A stretch of DNA of 63,939 nt, counting the filler, from Thraustochytrium aureum (taxonomy: Eukaryota): the NCBI GenBank assembly GCA_012862495.1. It is 5 parts of 4 records of this genome, joined end to end, with 100 filler letters (N's around TTAATTAATTAA, not from the genome) between each part and the next. Parts side by side here need not be neighbours in the genome. Positions count along the whole stretch, not along the records: positions 47,750 to 60,726 come from BLSG01000246.1; positions 60,827 to 62,345 come from BLSG01000251.1; positions 62,446 to 63,939 come from BLSG01000255.1; 2 more parts are not named here. One strand, given 5' to 3'. The notes under the pieces are model-generated. The model was not told the origin of the DNA. It was given only the letters and a program-made list of their open reading frames with translations, and did no database searches. Made by a program: the position numbers and the translations under genes. Shown here piece by piece: positions 58,945-63,939 of the stretch. Within the stretch, counting starts at the first letter, position 1, and each line of letters begins with the position of its first letter.

Positions 58945-60327
58945 ATGGCGCACGGCGCCGAAACACGAGGCGCGAGCCGCGACACGGCCTCGGACGAACA
59001 GCGGGGACGACGCTGGGCGCCGGGTGCCTGCTGATGGTGTGTGCCGGGAGCGTGTACGCGTTTGGGGTCTGGTCCGAAGGGCTTGGTGCGCGGTTCCCAG
59101 GCAACGAGCGCCACGTGGTGCCCAAGCTGAACGCGCTGTACGAGGCCACTCTGCTCGGCGTGTACATGCCGTTGCCCGGGTTTTTTCTTCCACCGGTTTG
59201 GCACGCGGTGGACGCTGCTTGCCGGGTCGGCCATGGGGCTGTCTGCTTACCTGGTGATCCTGGCCCAGTTTTTCTGGGCGAGCGAGCCTCGCAGCCCAGA
59301 CGCTGCAACGTACGTGGCGTTCTTCTTCGTGGGCCACGCGACCGGGTACGTGGACACGGCGGTGATTGGCTGTAATCTGCGCAATTTCGCCGCCAGCGAG
59401 CGCGGGACGGCCATGGGCATCCTGAAGGGCTACTTTGGACTGTCGGCATCNNNNNNNNNNNNNNNNNNNNNNNNNNNNNNNNNNNNNNNNNNNNNNNNNN
59501 NNNNNNNNNNNNNNNNNNNNNNNNNNNNNNNNNNNNNNNNNNNNNNNNNNNNNNNNNNNNNNNNNNNNNNNNNNNNNNNNNNNNNNNNNNNNNNNNNNNN
59601 NNNNNNNNNNNNNNNNNNCGCTGGAGCGGCCGTCGGTGGACCTCTTGCCCTAGCCTTGGGCGCGGGGTCGGCTTTTTGGGCGCTCTTTGCGCAGCTTGTC
59701 GTAGTGATGGGCGGCGGGCTGTTCATCGTGAGCAACGCCGCCCGGATCATGAAGGCCAAGGGCGGCGAGGCGACCGACGTCAACGCGCTGGTGTCGGTGG
59801 TGAGCGTGTCCAACTGTTTGGGCCGCATCGTCACAGGTGTGGTCGCGGACCACCCGCTGGCGGCGAAGGCGGGCCTGCACCGGCCGAGTCTGCTCGCTGG
59901 GGCGCTCGCGTTGATGGCCGGCGCGCATGGGCTGTTTGCGGCCGGTGACATGTCTCTCGCGCTTGTGGCTGGGTTTCTGGGCGGGTTTGCTTACGGGGCG
60001 TCCTGGACGCTCAACCCGACTATCTTGGCGGACATGTGCGGCCTCGCGTTCTTCGGGAGGCTATACGCTGTGATGGGCTTGGCGCCCACTCTGGGCTCGC
60101 TCGTTTTCAGCAACCTGCTGGCCTCGTCTGTCTTTGAGCGGCACGCTGCGGAGCAGGGCGGCGAGTCCTGCCTCGGCAACGCTTGCTTTGCGGCTGCACA
60201 CTACGTGGTGCTTGGGTGCTGCATCCTTGTTGCTGCTATCTGCGGTCCGGCACTGTGGCGCCGCACCAGTCACTTGTACGTTGCCGATCCCGCTTTTGTT
60301 GGGGAGCAGAGCGGGCTGGCCGACTGA
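58945..60327 (+). CDS. MFS transporter, nodulin-like / Mch1 / NFD4 family (frameshifts, gap)
   Basis: AGSVYAFGVWS, NLRNF...RGTAMGILKGYFGLSA, SVSNCLGRIVTG, GFAYG, C.GNACF. Confidence 0.88.
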
Positions 60328-60387
60328 GGCCCCGTCGAGCGAGTCGCTGGAACGCGACGGCGTCAGGCCGACGGGCGAGAATCCTCG

Positions 60388-60429
<42 letters not shown>

Positions 60430-60530
60430 TCGCGTGAGGAAGAAGACGACCCACATTGGGTCCACCGAGCGGTCGAGCCACCGAGCGAGGGAGCCACCGA
60501 CCGAGCGGTCGAGCCACCGAGCGAGGGAAG
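60388..60530. repeat. (GGCT)n microsatellite plus a 36-bp two-copy direct repeat
   Basis: ggctggctggct run; accgagcggtcgagccaccgagcgaggg occurs twice. Confidence 0.75.
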
Positions 60531-60826
60531 TACGAATGCAAGAAAAGTCGAGGTGCTCGCTCCAGAGCCGGCCGCGAGCCCCCGCATTCATGACGACCGC
60601 CAACCGAACCGGACGGATGAGCGAGCGGCCGTGGTCCAAAACAAAAAAGTCCTCCAGGACCCGCACCCAGAACTCACGAAGAAGAACTTGCCCCCCAAAG
60701 GTGCAACAGCGGGCTCAGTTAGGTTANNNNNNNNNNNNNNNNNNNNNNNNNNNNNNNNNNNNNNNNNNNNTTAATTAATTAANNNNNNNNNNNNNNNNNN
60801 NNNNNNNNNNNNNNNNNNNNNNNNNN

Positions 60827-62345
60827 GATCGAGCAGCGCGGCCTTCACAGAAGGGCGCAACACCGGCATGAGCTCTGCACTAAAGTCAATTGCAAAGATG
60901 GCCTCCTCGACGGCGCCATGATCAACGCGCGGGCACACTTTACCGACCATTGCGTTCGCAATCGCCTCAAACCTGCGCCCGACGATACGAAAGGCCTCGT
61001 CTGCCGCAACGCGCGTATCCTCGTCGCTCGAACCCACAGCCGCCCAAAGCACTTGCACAACATCGGCTGATTCGAGAGCGTCTGAAACGTCGGCACTTCG
61101 CGCCAAAGCACCCACCGCCTGGCAACCAGCGCGCTGCACTTGGTCGTTGCCCGAATGCGCTCGAAGGGCGCCAACAACACACCCAGCGAGCAGATCGTTC
61201 GTGGCGGCCGCAGTGGGCTGGAGCTTGGCCCCGCCGGACCCGGCCAGCCGCGTCACCAAGACCAACGCGCTCACAACGAGGTCCGCGTCAGCGTCTGGCG
61301 ACACCAAGGCGTTCACGAGCTGAGAAAACCAAGGGCCCTGCAGCGCCGGTGGGTGCCTTGGCACGAGAATCGCAAGCGCCTGCCACAGCTGTCCGCAAAA
61401 CCCGGGCCGTGGCGCCGCACAAGCCTCCAAGACTCTGACGACACAGTTCGTCAAGGTCCGGCTCATCGAGTCGCCGACCTTGGAGGCCGCCTTCGCGAGC
61501 GCCAGGATGCCGACGCCTTCCAGCTGCTCCGCGTCCGCGCTGTGCGGCCGCACTGTCTCAAACAGCGAGTCGATTTGTAAGCGCATGATTGCAGAATGAG
61601 GCGCGGAGACAGGGCCCGAATCCGACGCCGACAAGCTGTCCTCCGCCTCGCGCCCAACCGCTGCCGAGGCGACCCACCAGACCACCTGGCGGCGCAGGTC
61701 CTCGAGCCGTTCGTCACACGCGGCGTCCAAGATCGACTGAGAGAGGCGCAGCACGACGCAAGCCGGGGAGGCCCACAACGCGCCTGGGAGCTTCATAAGC
61801 TGCCTCATTGTCGACAGCAAGAGCAAACGCTCGGCCTCGTGCCGGGCTGCGCGGACCTCGAGCCGGCCTAGCGCTGCCAGAGCGCCGGCTTCAGCGAGTG
61901 CGCTGGCGCCGCACGCCGACTGGCCGAGCGCGGCAACCGCGTGCATTGCCAGAGTGCGCAGCGCGCGAGGGCTGCCGCCGCTTTCCAACGCACCGACGAC
62001 TGTGCTCGACAGCGCTTGCGCGTCCCCGCTGGTCAACAGGTCGCAGCTCACCCGCCGCACGAGGTCGAGTATCCCAAGCGCGCACTCGGCATCGGCCAGA
62101 CCCAGCAAGGTGTGGTTCTCTAGCCACGCCGCAGCCGTCCCAACGAGCCCCCGGCGCCAGCTGCACCTCTGAGGACACAACAACGAGCGTGCGTATCGCG
62201 GACTTTAGCACCGTGTGGCACCGCGAATGCCGCCGAATGGCCTGCTCGATGATCTGCAGCACGCCAAAGGCCAGCATGAGATCCCGGTCCGAATCGTTGC
62301 GGGCCAGCGCCCGGATCGCTTGCAAACCTGCGAGCTGGACGCGCG
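60827..62345 (-). CDS. Armadillo/HEAT-repeat protein fragment (both ends in gaps)
   Basis: Ala/Leu-rich helical repeats, e.g. VVGALRAHSGNDQVQRAGCQAVGALA and GVLQIIEQAIRRH. Confidence 0.72.
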
Positions 62346-62991
62346 NNNNNNNNNNNNNNNNNNNNNNNNNNNNNNNNNNNNNNNNNNNNTTAATTAATTA
62401 ANNNNNNNNNNNNNNNNNNNNNNNNNNNNNNNNNNNNNNNNNNNNCTCTAGCTAGAGCTTGGGAGCTGCAGAGGTGGGGGGAAGCGAGGAGGAGGAGGAG
62501 GAGGAGTCGGTCGTGCTGCCTCTCCTTTGGCGGGAGCTCAACCGCGAGCGCGGCTTGCGGTCTCTCGGGAGGTCCGGCCTGTGCTTGCTGTGATCGTTCC
62601 ACCGCTGCCTACCCAACCTTGGTAAAGGAATGCCGTGGCACATGCGCAACGGCCGAGGCGCTCGAACTTCAGCAACAGCGTGCGTTTTTCGCGCGACCGT
62701 TCGAGGCGCCCGGCAGCTTTAGGTTCGTTTCCAGCTGGAAAGGAAAATGAATAAAAAAATGCTTGTCGACGATTGCGCGTCGGGCAGAGGCGACGCGAAC
62801 GCACGCAGCTCAAGCCCGTAATGCCACCAGGCGCAGCTGCTTGCTGGCTAGAGTGACCCAGCAACTTCAGCCCGTGACGCCGCCAGGCGCAGCTGCTTGC
62901 TAGAGCGATCCAGCTTGGTGATCCTAACTCAACTACACTACCCGTTTCTCAAAAATCTACCCGCCACGACGGCGGTGGGAGGAGCGCACGG

Positions 62992-63939
62992 TCAGCAGGT
63001 GCTGAGGTCCCAGACGCGGACCGTGCCGTCCGCCGAGGCAGAGGCCAATTTACCGTTTGACATGACAAACAGAGATTTTACCCAGTTGCGGTGCCCGACG
63101 AGCGTCCGGATGCAGCCCTTGGTGAGCACGTTCCAGAGCTTGATTGAGTTGTCCCGCGAGGCCGAGGCGAGCACGGGATGGGCCGAGCCCTGCGGGATGC
63201 TGACGAGGGTCTCAACCACGTCTGAGTGCCCAATCAGCTTGCCCGCAGGCTTGCCAATGCTCTTGCCGGCACACATCCACAGCCGGATGGTGCGATCCGC
63301 CGAGGCCGACGCGAGGTAGCGTCCGCACTGCTTGAGCGAGCGAATAGCGCCGCGGTGCCCCTTGAGCGTGCGGAGCTCGGCCCAGTCATTAGAGGGGTCC
63401 CAGAGTTTGATCGTCTTGTCTTGCGACCCAGACGCAAGGATGTGGCGCTTGGTGTCGACGTCGACGATGCCGCACACGCCATACACGTGGTCGGCGTGGC
63501 CGCGCAGCGTCTTGACACAGCTCCACGTGTCCAGGCTCCAGACCTTGACCGTGTTGTCAGCGGCCCCAGAGACGAGGTGGTCCGCGCACTCGGCGACCGC
63601 AACTACCCACCCAGTGTGTCCTTCGAGCGTTTGCACCACCTTCCACGTCTTTGGGTCCCAGACGCGAATCGTTTGGTCGAACGAGCACGAGGCGAGCATG
63701 CCGTTGGAAAGTGCAGCGAGGCCAAAAACGCGCTCGCTGTGCGACTCGAGGACGAGTGGGGCGGGGCGGTGGTCCGCATGCGCCAGGCGCTCCTCCACGT
63801 TCCAGACGCGCAACGTCTGGTCCCGCGACCCGGAGACAAGGATGCCGGGGGAAATCTCAGAGACCGCGTACACGTAGCCGTCGTGGCCCTCGAGCGTATC
63901 GACGCAGCTGCCGCCCTCGACCTGGCACCCGCCAGCAAA
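62992..63939 (-). CDS. WD40-repeat protein (5' end beyond window)
   Basis: About seven GH...SGSxDxTxxxW repeats. Confidence 0.93.
   Translation of the reverse strand, partial: FAGGCQVEGGSCVDTLEGHDGYVYAVSEISPGILVSGSRDQTLRVWNVEERLAHADHRPAPLVLESHSERVFGLAALSNGMLASCSFDQTIRVWDPKTWKVVQTLEGHTGWVVAVAECADHLVSGAADNTVKVWSLDTWSCVKTLRGHADHVYGVCGIVDVDTKRHILASGSQDKTIKLWDPSNDWAELRTLKGHRGAIRSLKQCGRYLASASADRTIRLWMCAGKSIGKPAGKLIGHSDVVETLVSIPQGSAHPVLASASRDNSIKLWNVLTKGCIRTLVGHRNWVKSLFVMSNGKLASASADGTVRVWDLSTC

Noticed and set aside
1..63939. tRNA, rRNA, transposase, viral or CRISPR-Cas features
   Set aside because: None recognised by eye; content hidden in N gaps cannot be assessed.

Overview
GC-rich eukaryotic draft-assembly scaffold. 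It has many N gaps, four N-flanked TTAATTAATTAA contig linkers, and frequent single-base frameshifts in otherwise conserved genes, most likely sequencing errors. Gene density is high, with sparse short GT-AG introns. A stramenopile, possibly labyrinthulomycete/thraustochytrid, origin is inferred but not proven. Recognisable genes: RPAP3, CHMP5/Vps60, a probable DASH/Dam1-like kinetochore protein, a tandem triplet of unrecognised multi-pass membrane genes, an ornithine cyclodeaminase/mu-crystallin fragment, AATF/Bfr2, a giant coiled-coil protein, histidyl-tRNA synthetase, a FANCJ/RTEL1-type Fe-S helicase, a secreted LRR protein, RibB, eIF3j, a PDZ protein, three paralogous 7TM-like genes, a secreted NIDO-mucin-vWA protein, a four-repeat Myb, a MAP3K, a Cys-to-Ser pseudophosphatase, a nodulin-like MFS transporter, and ARM and WD40 proteins. 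Most notable: (1) the helicase carries in-frame PDZ-like, SP-RING (SUMO E3) and SIM-like modules; (2) the RibB has archaeal-type signatures; (3) two locally expanded orphan membrane-protein families; (4) a recurring CTAG/AGCT-rich element in gene 3' flanks. All family assignments come from motif recognition by eye; no searches were run.
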